NCBI GenBank assembly: GCA_947586205.1
Contig: CANPXO010000003.1
Coordinates: 1-53,502, forward strand
Direction of reading: 5' to 3'
DNA: 53,502 bases
From: an uncultured Bacilli bacterium
GTDB lineage: Bacteria; Bacillota_I; Bacilli_A; RF39; UBA660
Shown: piece after piece, positions 36,768 to 47,227 of the stretch
Numbering within the stretch: position 1 is the stretch's first letter
Layout of the letters: each line of letters begins with the position of its first letter
The notes under the pieces: generated by a model
What the model was told of the DNA's origin: nothing
The model's input: only the letters and a program-made list of their open reading frames with translations
Database searches by the model: none
Position numbers and translations under genes: made by a program

Positions 36768-37907
36768 TTATTTACATATCTTTAAAATTAATTGTTTGAT
36801 TCTTCCTCTTAATGTTCTTTTACGTATTTTGCTATATTTTTTAGATAATGCTGTAATACTTAATTGCTCTAGATCATCAAAAAAATCTTTTCTTGTTTCA
36901 GTTAAAACTGCTGATTTTGATAAAGAAGGATTGCCATTTAATATTTCCTCTATATTGCAATTTTGATAAATAAGAGAGCCTTTGATTTGATTAAATAAAA
37001 TATTCCCCTTTTTTGTATTAATAATAACTGCTGAAGTTCCTTTCTTATTATAAGTTTTTGGATAATAGTCTTGCACTCCCCAAAAATCTCCTAAGGTTAT
37101 ATCAGAATATTTATTACCAAATTTGAAATTACAATTATAACAACTTTCTCTTAAAGCATTGTCAGATAAAAATAATTTCATATAATCATTTTGGCTAGCA
37201 AGTTCACTAATATTGTTATTATTTTCAAATGTAATTCTATTCGAATATGTTACCCAACCAGTCTCTTTATTTCTAAAATTATAATCTTTTAATTTAGAAT
37301 TTTCTTGACTTTCTAATTCTTTAATATATTTAGAAAATAGTTTAGGACTAGGTACCCCATGACATATTAAATCTATACAATATAAATTATCATTATCATT
37401 TTTTATAAATGCTTTTAGACCTGCAACTTGACATGGAGTACCAGCAAAAAGCACTTTTTTATGTTTTATGTTTTCTTTTACATATTTAAACATATCATTT
37501 AAGTCGCTTTGTAAATATTTGCTACCTTTTAATTTGAATAAATCTTCCTTTTTTTCAATTACAATATGTTTTAATTTATTATTAACAAGTGCTGCACCTA
37601 TTACAACTCCACCACTATCTAAAATAAAATTAGCAATTGCTGAAAATATAGCTCCAGAAGATGATGATAAAATTTCTTCTATTTTTTTATTATATGCTAA
37701 ATAGCACGTATTTAATGATGCGTTTTCTCTAGTATTAATAACAGGACATATCTTTTGACATAACTTACAATTAATACATTTATTGTTATCAATGAATGGA
37801 TATTTAAAACCATCTTTGCCTTCTTTCATTACAATAGCATTTTTAGGACAAATATTCATACATGCCGTACAACCTGTACATCTATTTTTTTCTAAAACCT
37901 GTTCCAT
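36768..37907 (-). CDS. FrhB-like (coenzyme F420 hydrogenase beta-subunit family) 4Fe-4S protein
   Basis: 379 aa. It has two ferredoxin motifs, CTGCTACMNICP and CINCKLCQKICP, followed by an FrhB_C-like domain. This family commonly accompanies pyruvyl transferases in glycan loci. Confidence 0.75.
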   Translation of the reverse strand: MEQVLEKNRCTGCTACMNICPKNAIVMKEGKDGFKYPFIDNNKCINCKLCQKICPVINTRENASLNTCYLAYNKKIEEILSSSSGAIFSAIANFILDSGGVVIGAALVNNKLKHIVIEKKEDLFKLKGSKYLQSDLNDMFKYVKENIKHKKVLFAGTPCQVAGLKAFIKNDNDNLYCIDLICHGVPSPKLFSKYIKELESQENSKLKDYNFRNKETGWVTYSNRITFENNNNISELASQNDYMKLFLSDNALRESCYNCNFKFGNKYSDITLGDFWGVQDYYPKTYNKKGTSAVIINTKKGNILFNQIKGSLIYQNCNIEEILNGNPSLSKSAVLTETRKDFFDDLEQLSITALSKKYSKIRKRTLRGRIKQLILKICK

Positions 37908-37908
37908 T

Positions 37909-39153
37909 TTAGTTTAACCACCCGTCATTTGTAATTATGCCTTTTTTTATACGATAATCATGAATTTTTTTAACTATTTTTTTAGGTACTAATTTCCTTA
38001 TAAAATTTTTGAAACCATAGTACGTTGGAAAATATGAAATTATATAAGATTGAAATGGAATTTTGACATTATTTTTTTTACAAGTATCGACAACCTCTTT
38101 ATAATACTCTTTCTTATCCTTTGTCCTACTCCATTTAAGTACCTTGCCATAAATTTTTACTCTATTCTTATAAAATAATTCTAAATCAAATACACTTTTA
38201 TAAAGTTCTAATTTGCCAATAGATTCTAAATCAACCATCGTTCTTATACATTTTTCACAAAGTCCACAATTTTTTTCATCATTGCCAGCAATGCAGACGT
38301 TTAGCCAATTATACGTTTCTTTGAATTCAGATATATATTTTACTTTGCCTAACCTAGTTTCTTCCATCCCACTGCTATAAAACAGTGTATTTTGATTGCT
38401 TAAACATTCAATATTAAGAATATCATAATATGCACTATCAACAGGAGTAATACAAATATCATCAAATGAAGAACCCATACTTGAAAAGTAATATATGCCA
38501 AAAAGCTTTTGCAAAGCTAAAACACAGCTTAAAGTTCTAAATGTGTGTGTAGCAAGATGATTCATTTTTATAAATTCATTCATATTTGAATCTACAGTAA
38601 CTAATTTATAATTATTTTGTACACAAAATTTTTTGATATAATCCAATCTTTTATGAAATAAAGTACGTGCTTTTTCACCCCCATATTCTCCATGTGAACC
38701 TGCATTAAAAAAAGTTAAATGTGTTATATTATATTTTTTGTCTTTAAAATTTTTATGTTTTAGAACTGCATAAAAAGAATCGACTCCACAAGAAATACCT
38801 GTACCTACTCCATTAGGTTTAAAATCATAATCACTTATATCACACTTAATATGAATACTTCTTTTATTAAAACTCTTACAAAGCAAAGGAATTAAATAAG
38901 TAGTTAGTTGATAATATAATCTTGAACTTATGCTACCCTCTATTTCTACATCAAGCTCATGTTTGATAACATATGAAAGTAACGCGATAAGAAAAGCATC
39001 TGCGTTCTCATCACATAAATAATCTTTATACTCCTTTTCAACTTCAAACCACATATCATACGTTGTACCTTTATCATACATTAGTGTTGAAGTTAATCTA
39101 TAAGTATTTTCATGTTTTTCAATTTTTGGTCTTCCAATTACAATTTTATCCAT
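37909..39153 (-). CDS. hypothetical protein, possibly a PP-loop ATP-pyrophosphatase-like enzyme with a Cys cluster
   Basis: 414 aa. GISCGVDSFY resembles the SGGxDS PP-loop. CGLCEKCIRT resembles the QueC-type CxxCxxC zinc motif. The function is not established. Confidence 0.4.
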   Translation of the reverse strand: MDKIVIGRPKIEKHENTYRLTSTLMYDKGTTYDMWFEVEKEYKDYLCDENADAFLIALLSYVIKHELDVEIEGSISSRLYYQLTTYLIPLLCKSFNKRSIHIKCDISDYDFKPNGVGTGISCGVDSFYAVLKHKNFKDKKYNITHLTFFNAGSHGEYGGEKARTLFHKRLDYIKKFCVQNNYKLVTVDSNMNEFIKMNHLATHTFRTLSCVLALQKLFGIYYFSSMGSSFDDICITPVDSAYYDILNIECLSNQNTLFYSSGMEETRLGKVKYISEFKETYNWLNVCIAGNDEKNCGLCEKCIRTMVDLESIGKLELYKSVFDLELFYKNRVKIYGKVLKWSRTKDKKEYYKEVVDTCKKNNVKIPFQSYIISYFPTYYGFKNFIRKLVPKKIVKKIHDYRIKKGIITNDGWLN

Positions 39154-39163
39154 TCTATCACCT

Positions 39164-40408
39164 TTATATTACATATTCTCTTTCGTTAATAAATTTTGTA
39201 TTTTTTTGTTCTGTAAATCTATTATAAATTATTAAACTTTCTTCTATAAGTGTTTCTTTTTTATTCTTGTCACTTTCTTTGTTTATTAAATCATATACTG
39301 GAACAACAGTTATATAACCATCTTCACTTTCTACACTTTTCATTAGACTAAAAGTATATTTTTCTATTTGCTTCGTTTTTTTATTTATATAAGCATTTAA
39401 TATCACACTATATTCCCCTAAATTTTCTTTTCTATAATTATTTGCTCTATATGAGTTTATTACATTTCCTAATGAGTAAATAACAAGTTGATTATTTTTA
39501 AACTCTTGTCTTTGTACTACATGTGGATGATTTGAAACAATCAATGGTACTCCTGTTGTCTTAATCTTTTCAATTAACATTTTTGTGAAAGAACCTGGTT
39601 CTTCATTAAATTGTCCTCCACTGTGTAACATAAATATTGTAATATTGCTATTATTAATTGCTTCTCTAATTTTCTGAATGCTATCATTTAATAATGTCTC
39701 ATCAATAACCCATTCTCCAGTGTTAATTTTATCAATAACTTTCATATTTTCTTCTAAATTGTATGGTTTAGCCTTATAATTAATAATTTTTTTTATAAAA
39801 TACTTGATATTTCTGATAATAAATTTTCCAAATAAATCTTTATAAAAATTTATTTTATGAAAGTGCCAAGTTTGATCAGAGTCTTGTTTTTTGATTAAAT
39901 TGATTTTTGGCAAATCTTTTTCTTTTATTTTATAATAATTATAACTATAATTTGTACCATAAGTATATGCAAGAAAAGCAATTTTCACACCATCTATTTC
40001 AATTATTTTATAATCTTTTTCTTCATTATTTAACTTTGTACCAAGGTATTCCATATCATATTTTTTTATATTTTTGATTGTTTGCTTTAATCCAAGTATT
40101 CCTCTATCTAGGCAGTGATTATTTGCTGTCGTAAGTAATTTGAAGTTAGAATTTTTAAGAGCTTCCAAAAAACTTTTAGGAGTATTAAATGAATACCAAT
40201 CAATTGTGTAACCTCCAAATATTGGATTACATATTGGAGTTTCTAAGTTGCCAACAACATAATCAGAATGTTTCAAATATTCTTTTAAATAAATAAACGT
40301 GTCATTAAAATTATATTGATTTTTTCTCTTTTTTACCGCATAAAAATACTCTAATTGACAAATCAAGTCACCTGTAAAGCTAATTTTTATCATGTTCTTT
40401 TCTTTCAT
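39164..40408 (-). CDS. CapA-family (PGA_cap metallophosphatase-fold) protein
   Basis: 414 aa. Contains FTGDL, GNLETP, TANNHCLDRG and SNHPHV motifs. Confidence 0.8.
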   Translation of the reverse strand: MKEKNMIKISFTGDLICQLEYFYAVKKRKNQYNFNDTFIYLKEYLKHSDYVVGNLETPICNPIFGGYTIDWYSFNTPKSFLEALKNSNFKLLTTANNHCLDRGILGLKQTIKNIKKYDMEYLGTKLNNEEKDYKIIEIDGVKIAFLAYTYGTNYSYNYYKIKEKDLPKINLIKKQDSDQTWHFHKINFYKDLFGKFIIRNIKYFIKKIINYKAKPYNLEENMKVIDKINTGEWVIDETLLNDSIQKIREAINNSNITIFMLHSGGQFNEEPGSFTKMLIEKIKTTGVPLIVSNHPHVVQRQEFKNNQLVIYSLGNVINSYRANNYRKENLGEYSVILNAYINKKTKQIEKYTFSLMKSVESEDGYITVVPVYDLINKESDKNKKETLIEESLIIYNRFTEQKNTKFINEREYVI

Positions 40409-41931
40409 AATTTCCTCCTCTTGATTTTTCTTTTTAATTCTTTTAAAAGTCCTTTTTCGTACTCAGTCAGATACAACTTAGAAAGTATTATGTAAATAAT
40501 AGTATATATTAAAATCCATATAGCTAAACTTATCCAAGAAACAATTTTAAAATTAAATATATTTATAATTAGAATAAATGCTATAGTTTCGACTATTAAT
40601 GTAATCACAATATTAAAAATACTTTTAAAAAATTTTAAAATATCCAAATGTAACGATTTGTAATAATAAATGTTTTTAATAATTATATTTCCAATAAGTA
40701 ATGACAATGCTGTTCCAAGAGCAGCTCCAAATCCACTATACATTTTTATTAAAGGAATACTAACAATAATATTTAATATTGATGTAAAAATAAGCACTAT
40801 TGGCATAAATTGATGTTTATTCTTAACCTGTGCAATACTTACTACTGAATTTTGTGTAAGCGATACTATCATAGGAATCATTAAAGCAAGTCCAATATAA
40901 TAAGCATCTTTATATTCCGGTCCTACCCAAAGAATAATAAATTCTTTACCGAAAACGATAAATCCAGTTAATATCAGTCCTACTATTATTAATTGAATTC
41001 TCCCCGTTTTAATTAAAACATTAGTAAATTCCTCATCGCTAGCTCCATCTTCATTCATTTTTGTCATTTTAGGAAGTAAAACATTGCTTATGGAAGTAGA
41101 AAATGAAACATAAACTTGATTTATATGTGAAGCAATCGCGTATATTGAAACAGCTGCTGCCCCACTCAAACTTCCAATTAGAAAATTATCTATACTCCAA
41201 TTTACTTTATCAATGATGGAATTTAAGAATATCCAAAATGAAAAGGCAAATATAGACAATAATAATTTAAAATCAATTTTACCAAAAGTAATTTTTGTTT
41301 TAATATTAAACTTACAATATAAAGCATTAAATAATAAACTTAAAATATTTAAAATTGTAATTACTATGGCTAATGCAATAGACTTATAACCTAATGAAAG
41401 TAAAATGAGCATTATTATTGGTTGCAGAATTACAGTAATAATATTTACTATTTTTGCAAATATAAACTTTTCATAAGCAACAACTATGGAAGAAAATACA
41501 CTAAGTGGAAATGTGATAGCTAAATTAAATGTTAAAATTAACATTAATTTTTTTGCAATTACCAGTTCATTAAATGTCATAGTTGCCCCAAATAAATTGT
41601 CAACATTTAAGAAAATAATAAATCCAATTAGTCCTGCAATTAATCCAATAATAGAATATACTACTATAAACATACCATATAATTTATGTTCTTTTTCTAT
41701 TTCATTTTTTGCTCGATATCGATTAGAATAAACAACTAAAGCACTTGCAAAGCCAAAATCTAAAATAGTTAAAGTAGATATAATAGAAGCCACCATTGAA
41801 TATAAACCATATTCAGCTTGCCCTAAGCTATTAGTTAAAATAGGTGTATAAAATAATGTTATAGCAAGGTTTAATAAAATAACAACGTAAGATAGCAAAG
41901 CTCCTATTTTCCTCTGCTTACTAGCTTCCAT
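40405..41931 (-). CDS. wzx: Wzx-type oligosaccharide flippase (MOP superfamily)
   Basis: 508 aa with about 14 TM helices and a polysaccharide biosynthesis protein N-terminus (ALLSYVVILLN..LGQAEYGLYS). Confidence 0.85.
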   Translation of the reverse strand: MEASKQRKIGALLSYVVILLNLAITLFYTPILTNSLGQAEYGLYSMVASIISTLTILDFGFASALVVYSNRYRAKNEIEKEHKLYGMFIVVYSIIGLIAGLIGFIIFLNVDNLFGATMTFNELVIAKKLMLILTFNLAITFPLSVFSSIVVAYEKFIFAKIVNIITVILQPIIMLILLSLGYKSIALAIVITILNILSLLFNALYCKFNIKTKITFGKIDFKLLLSIFAFSFWIFLNSIIDKVNWSIDNFLIGSLSGAAAVSIYAIASHINQVYVSFSTSISNVLLPKMTKMNEDGASDEEFTNVLIKTGRIQLIIVGLILTGFIVFGKEFIILWVGPEYKDAYYIGLALMIPMIVSLTQNSVVSIAQVKNKHQFMPIVLIFTSILNIIVSIPLIKMYSGFGAALGTALSLLIGNIIIKNIYYYKSLHLDILKFFKSIFNIVITLIVETIAFILIINIFNFKIVSWISLAIWILIYTIIYIILSKLYLTEYEKGLLKELKRKIKRRKL

Positions 41932-41945
41932 ACATTTACTCCTCT

Positions 41946-43073
41946 CTATTTTAAAGCATTTTCTAAATAATTTTTTGATTCATTTATAAACACTTGTAAT
42001 TTTTTATTTATTTTTTTATAATTCCAACTTATCTTAGATAATTTTTCATAATTTGGAACTAACATGTACTTATCACTTTCATCAATAGTATTCAAAAAAT
42101 CTATTAATCGATTATTTATGTTTTCCTTATAATCTCTTTTTAAAGCAATGAAATTTTTTTCAAATATGCATGAAAATATAATACCATGAAAACTATCGGT
42201 AAATATATATTCGGCATTTTTTATTAAATAAAGCCATTCCTCTGGAGAACAATTATCAAGTCTATAATTGCCAAAAGTTTCATCTACTACATTATAATTA
42301 CCATCTGCATGTGGAATAGTAACTATTTTTAATTGTAATTGATTAGCTACTTTTTGAATTTCTGACCTCTGATTTTCATCTTTTCCAAGCATGTACACAA
42401 ATATAAATTTATCTTTTATATTTATTTTTTTAGAAATATTTGTCCACTCATCTTTAGAAATAAGTAAAGTCGGATCACACACATGGTATACGTTCTCTAT
42501 TTTTAAATCATTGAGCATTTTTACTGAAGATTTTTCTCTTACTGATATATTATTAAATTTTTTTAATGCTTTTATAATATATTTTTTATTTTCTTTTGGA
42601 ATATAATCCCTACCAAATGAAGCAGCATAAGAAATTCTTTTAAAATTCTTTTTATTTTTAAAATCTAAGAACTTTATTTTATTTACTCCTCTATTAAATT
42701 GGGCCCACACAACATCGCTACCAACAATAAACACATCATAATCGGTATTTTGTATTAAATTATAATTTAATAGTTCTGGACATAACTTTGTATTCTTATG
42801 TGTAAATTCATTTGAGTTTTCAATACGTTTAGAAAAATCGTATGGACTAAAATTATTTGCTGATGAAATTTTAAATTTTTTGAAAAAATTTAAAAAAGTT
42901 TGATAAGTAATTTTTGTTCTTTTTTGTTTACATCCGTTACTAAAAACTAATGATTCAGTTATATAGTTTTTATAATGGTTATTCAAATAATGATTAAGAG
43001 CAAATGATTGTAATCTGTTCCCGTAATTAAAATTATTCATGGCTAATTCTGATATTATTGCAATTTTTTTCAT
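41946..43073 (-). CDS. polysaccharide pyruvyl transferase family protein
   Basis: VGSDVVW and SFHGIIFS blocks. The start is set at MKKIAIIS (43073), which is preceded by GAAAGGAAAA. The tracked ORF extends to 43094. Confidence 0.8.
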   Translation of the reverse strand: MKKIAIISELAMNNFNYGNRLQSFALNHYLNNHYKNYITESLVFSNGCKQKRTKITYQTFLNFFKKFKISSANNFSPYDFSKRIENSNEFTHKNTKLCPELLNYNLIQNTDYDVFIVGSDVVWAQFNRGVNKIKFLDFKNKKNFKRISYAASFGRDYIPKENKKYIIKALKKFNNISVREKSSVKMLNDLKIENVYHVCDPTLLISKDEWTNISKKINIKDKFIFVYMLGKDENQRSEIQKVANQLQLKIVTIPHADGNYNVVDETFGNYRLDNCSPEEWLYLIKNAEYIFTDSFHGIIFSCIFEKNFIALKRDYKENINNRLIDFLNTIDESDKYMLVPNYEKLSKISWNYKKINKKLQVFINESKNYLENALK

Positions 43074-43077
43074 GTTA

Positions 43078-43833
43078 TCATTTTCCTTTCTCAAACTTTT
43101 TATGAATTTTATGTTTTAAATCTCTAATTTTATAATAATTATCAATGCCTACAATATTGCTTATAAATCGTTTTATTTTATATTTGACCTTCATCTTAGG
43201 GCTTTCCCACGATGCATTGTAATGATGAATTGTATAAGTTTTTTCACTAACAATACAGTGTTGCGTAAAAACATCAAAACCGCCTATATATTCTTTACTA
43301 TATATTGGAAGCAAATCTATTTTTTGACCACTTTTAATTTCGTATCCCATGTTAATTAACGCATTACTATTTCGCTCTGTGCAAGGAGTTAAGTCCATTG
43401 TACCATCTTTTTTTATAAAATTCAAATTATCATAATCATCTAACAATATTTTAACTATTTTATTTTTAGGCTTTGCTGCAAAGCCTAATCCAGTATTAAT
43501 TATACTGGGTCTTTCCTCCCCTAAAAAGCCAGCTTTTAATAATCCCTCATCAAATGTTTTTAGTACTTCTACATCTGTATCAAAATAAATTCCGCCATGC
43601 TCATAAATCACTTTAAGACGAGCAACATCGCTTACGAAAGCATATTTTTTACATTGATATGCTTCTTTAACATAGTTATTATAGTTGATATCGAAATTGT
43701 CTTCATTCCATTCTATAATTTCATAATCTGGGAAAAAATTTTTCCAAGACTCCAAGCATTTATAAAACAATTTATTTTTTTTACCTCTTCCAAACCAGCA
43801 ATAATGTATTTTTTTTGGTATCATAATATTCAC
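43078..43833 (-). CDS. GT32-like glycosyltransferase (Gly_transf_sug / capsule synthesis type)
   Basis: 251 aa. Contains IPKKIHYCWFG, FVSDVARLKVIYEHGGIYFDTDVEV and a DxD motif. Confidence 0.8.
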   Translation of the reverse strand: MNIMIPKKIHYCWFGRGKKNKLFYKCLESWKNFFPDYEIIEWNEDNFDINYNNYVKEAYQCKKYAFVSDVARLKVIYEHGGIYFDTDVEVLKTFDEGLLKAGFLGEERPSIINTGLGFAAKPKNKIVKILLDDYDNLNFIKKDGTMDLTPCTERNSNALINMGYEIKSGQKIDLLPIYSKEYIGGFDVFTQHCIVSEKTYTIHHYNASWESPKMKVKYKIKRFISNIVGIDNYYKIRDLKHKIHKKFEKGK

Positions 43834-43846
43834 ATCCTATCTTTTA

Positions 43847-44983
43847 TTAATATAAAAATGTAATTATATCTGAATGATACGGAAAAGTCTCACACCATTG
43901 ACTTACAGGAAATTTCCAAATCCAATAAACCAACATTATTAAAACAAAACCCATTGATACAAATTTTCTTATATTATACTTATTTCCAAATGCTTTATTT
44001 ACATTAGGTATCAAATAAAATGCTGCTGGATAAAAGAAATATAAACCAATTCTACTAATATTAACTATTTTATAACTTAATAAAAATACCGAAAAATCTA
44101 CTGCTAAAAATGACATTACTAATAAGATGTTAATTTTTGATTCTTTTTTATTAATAAAATTTGCATAAAAGAACCCGGAAAATAGCAAAATTATTCTTAA
44201 TAAAAGTTCTGATCCCATCGAAACTTTCTCTTCTTGAATATATGTCTTAACATAATAGTAATATCTATCAGGTAAAACATGAGCAATTCGCGTCAAAAAA
44301 TAAACGATTTCTTCAAAAAACACTATAGAACATGCTAATCCTAATAAGAAAACAAAACAAAGAATTAACTTTTTATTTTTGGACATCCTAATATTTGAAA
44401 AAATTAGCAATCCATAAATTAATATTGATACAATTGCTGCACTATGAAAACTAACGGCAATCAAAAAAGTTAAAAGTGTTCTCCAATATTTTTTTTCTTG
44501 AAAAAGAGTGATTGAAAAAAGAATCAAAGCCATTGAAATACTTTGACGCATAAAAGTAAAAGACACGCAATACCAAAGTAACATATAAATTATCATAGTA
44601 AATGTCATATTAATTTTGTCACGACTTTTATATGCAAATAAATATACAAACAATATTGTAACAAATTGAATGAAAAACAACGATACATTTGGAAAAGAAG
44701 AAAAGCGGGTTATTAAATAAATAAAAAGTTTATATCCAACTTCAAAATTAATCGTTTTCATATACATATTAAAGCTTAACGATTTAGCAGCATTTACGGT
44801 TGGTACTACATACATAACAGTATCTCTACCTACGTTATATGCTCTAAATCCTGCTATTAAGGAAGGTATTAAAATAGCAATAAAGCTATAAAATATTCCT
44901 AATTTTTTATTTTTCTTTTCAAATTGTTTTTCTGCCAAATATGTGAATAATGGTGTAAATATAAAGCAAATAAAGTATATCAT
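43847..44983 (-). CDS. EpsG-family membrane protein (putative Wzy-type polymerase)
   Basis: 378 aa with more than 10 TM helices and an N-terminal RAYNVGRDTVMY motif typical of EpsG. Confidence 0.75.
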   Translation of the reverse strand: MIYFICFIFTPLFTYLAEKQFEKKNKKLGIFYSFIAILIPSLIAGFRAYNVGRDTVMYVVPTVNAAKSLSFNMYMKTINFEVGYKLFIYLITRFSSFPNVSLFFIQFVTILFVYLFAYKSRDKINMTFTMIIYMLLWYCVSFTFMRQSISMALILFSITLFQEKKYWRTLLTFLIAVSFHSAAIVSILIYGLLIFSNIRMSKNKKLILCFVFLLGLACSIVFFEEIVYFLTRIAHVLPDRYYYYVKTYIQEEKVSMGSELLLRIILLFSGFFYANFINKKESKINILLVMSFLAVDFSVFLLSYKIVNISRIGLYFFYPAAFYLIPNVNKAFGNKYNIRKFVSMGFVLIMLVYWIWKFPVSQWCETFPYHSDIITFLY

Positions 44984-44984
44984 T

Positions 44985-46106
44985 TTATTTTTTTCGCTCT
45001 CCTTCTAAGTACATTTTTTCTATCTTATTTATTTCAGTATGCAAGTCATAACCTGCTTTAATAAGTACATTTTTCATATTTTGTCTTGTGTAATTACTTT
45101 CTATTATATTATTAATTTTATCTTTCCACACATCTAAATTATTTAAATTAATAAATTCTACATTACCACTAATATCACATTTAAAATCTATATTTTTCGA
45201 AAATAGGCATTTCAATCCACTAGCCTGAGCCTCTATTCCAACGACAGGTAAGCCTTCAAATAAAGATGGTAATATAAATAAATCCATAGCTTGGTAATAT
45301 TCATTAGCCTCTAATGTTAAGCCTAAAAATAACACACGATTACGTAATCCTAAGCATTCCACATATTCTTTTATTTGTTGTTCTAATTCTCCAGTTCCTA
45401 AAAGGATTAACATCACATTGTCATTTTCTGCAGCTACTTTCGAAAAAATATCTATTAGTCCCTTATGATTTTTTTGATTTGCAAACCTTCCAATATGTCC
45501 TATTACAAACATATCATCATGAATTTTTAATTTATTTCGAACCTTGTTTCTAATAGTATTGTTAAATAAAAATTTATCAGTATCTATAAAATTATTACAT
45601 AATATAATATTACTTGTCTTGAAAGCATTTTTTCCAAACATCCATTGTGCAGCTTTTTCTGAACAGGCAATTTTCACATTGGCTATTTTATTGACTAATG
45701 GTCTAAATAAATAATGTGTTATTTTTTTGTCGCTGTTCCCATTATGACTGTGAATAAAAATTCTAGTTTTTTTTGAATAAAATTTAATTATTAAAGCATA
45801 AACTCCAACAACTGAAGTACAATAATTAAAATGAACTACATCATATTGATTTTTTTGACTTAATCGTTTTAAATATAAAAAAAACTTTATTGGATGTCTT
45901 TTTATACTAACCATTTTGTACATTTTATTATAATACCCACGAATTTTGTCGCCATTACTTCCATAAATATTTTCTTTTACTAGTAGATCTATATCAAATT
46001 TTTCATGATTAATATTTTGCAGAATATTAATTAGGTAATTTTCTATACCTCCTATATAAGGAGTCATTCCAAATATTAATATTTTTTCTTTTTTCAAGTT
46101 ACTCAC
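44985..46106 (-). CDS. GT4-family glycosyltransferase
   Basis: 373 aa. The C-terminal PSLFEGLPVVGIEAQASGL matches the EX7E motif. Confidence 0.9.
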   Translation of the reverse strand: MSNLKKEKILIFGMTPYIGGIENYLINILQNINHEKFDIDLLVKENIYGSNGDKIRGYYNKMYKMVSIKRHPIKFFLYLKRLSQKNQYDVVHFNYCTSVVGVYALIIKFYSKKTRIFIHSHNGNSDKKITHYLFRPLVNKIANVKIACSEKAAQWMFGKNAFKTSNIILCNNFIDTDKFLFNNTIRNKVRNKLKIHDDMFVIGHIGRFANQKNHKGLIDIFSKVAAENDNVMLILLGTGELEQQIKEYVECLGLRNRVLFLGLTLEANEYYQAMDLFILPSLFEGLPVVGIEAQASGLKCLFSKNIDFKCDISGNVEFINLNNLDVWKDKINNIIESNYTRQNMKNVLIKAGYDLHTEINKIEKMYLEGERKK

Positions 46107-46139
46107 TTCCTTATCATTTTTATAGAATTAAAAATTCAA

Positions 46140-47167
46140 TTAGGTTCTTTTAGTTATTTTTTTATACAATGTCCAACTTGCTGCAAATGGTGCAAATCCA
46201 AATTTTAGTGCAATAAGTGCGATTCTATCTCTTTTAGGAATTCTTTTATCTTTTAAAACTTCTTTAGAGTGACTCTTAACATAACTTATACATATTTTCA
46301 ATTCTTCTCTTGGCTTATTTTTTACATTGGCCATCTGAGACAAAGTGCTCAAATAAGCAAACATTTCTCTTCTATTACACGCTTTTTCTAAATTAGGATA
46401 CTCATATCTTATATAATCACACATATCTTTAGTAGATTTAATTAAATCCATTTTTCCAGAATCAAAAGGCTTTGTGGTTATTGAATCTACTTTAATAATA
46501 TAATTATATAAAATAATATTTGTAATAGCAATCTTTTTTGAATTTAACACCAATTTATATATTGTTGCAACATCTTCGTAAAGCCTATCTTTAGGAAATT
46601 CTATATTTTTAAAAAGTTCTTTTTTAAATAACTTGTTCCAAGCACTAAATTCAATTTGCTCATCATATAGCATCCGTTCTAAAACCTCTAAATTATTTAA
46701 TGTCATATTACAGTCCACATTTTTTTTAAGTATAGTTTCTTTTTTACATCCTACCCCCCCCCCCCTATTAAACTAGAATTATAAATTACATTATGTCCTG
46801 CAATTGATATATCCGCATTATTATTAATTAAATTATTATAATGTGTTTCTATATAGTTAAGTTCAATATAATCATCCGAATCAACAAAAGTTATAAATTG
46901 ACCTGATGCAGCGATTAACCCACGATTTCTAGCATCTGATAGTCCACCATTATCTTTGTGTACAACAATAATTCTTTTATCGGTTTTTGAATAATCATCA
47001 CATATTTTTCCACAGTTATCAGGAGAACCATCATCTACTAATATAATTTCAATGTTTTTATAGGTTTGGTTTATTATACTATTTATACATTTTTTAATAT
47101 ACATTTCCACTTTATACACAGGAACAATTATAGAAATAAGTGGTGCAACAATATGCTTCTGTTTCAT
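46140..47167 (-). pseudogene. GT2-family glycosyltransferase split by a G12 tract (frame-shifted, phase-OFF allele)
   Basis: The N-terminal ORF 46751..47167 (ISIIVPVYKVE..VDDGSPD..DSDDY) ends in GGGG*. The C-terminal ORF 46140..46718 continues the GT2 fold in another frame. G13 or G10 fuses them. Confidence 0.8.
46754..46765 (-). repeat. homopolymeric tract, C12 on the plus strand (G12 in the coding sense)
   Basis: Counted directly: ...cta cccccccccccc tatta. This is the longest G/C run in an AT-rich window. Confidence 0.95.
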
Positions 47168-47227
47168 TATCTTACCTCTTTTCTTTTGATGATATTATAT
47201 CATTTATAGTCTATTTTAAGAAAAACG

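Noticed and set aside
36616-36966. 116-aa plus-strand ORF with the repeated peptide PFCTHFLMKFT
   Set aside because: The peptide repeat is just the translation of the 33-bp DNA tandem repeat. The rest of the ORF is antisense to the well-supported FrhB-like gene, and it has no RBS.
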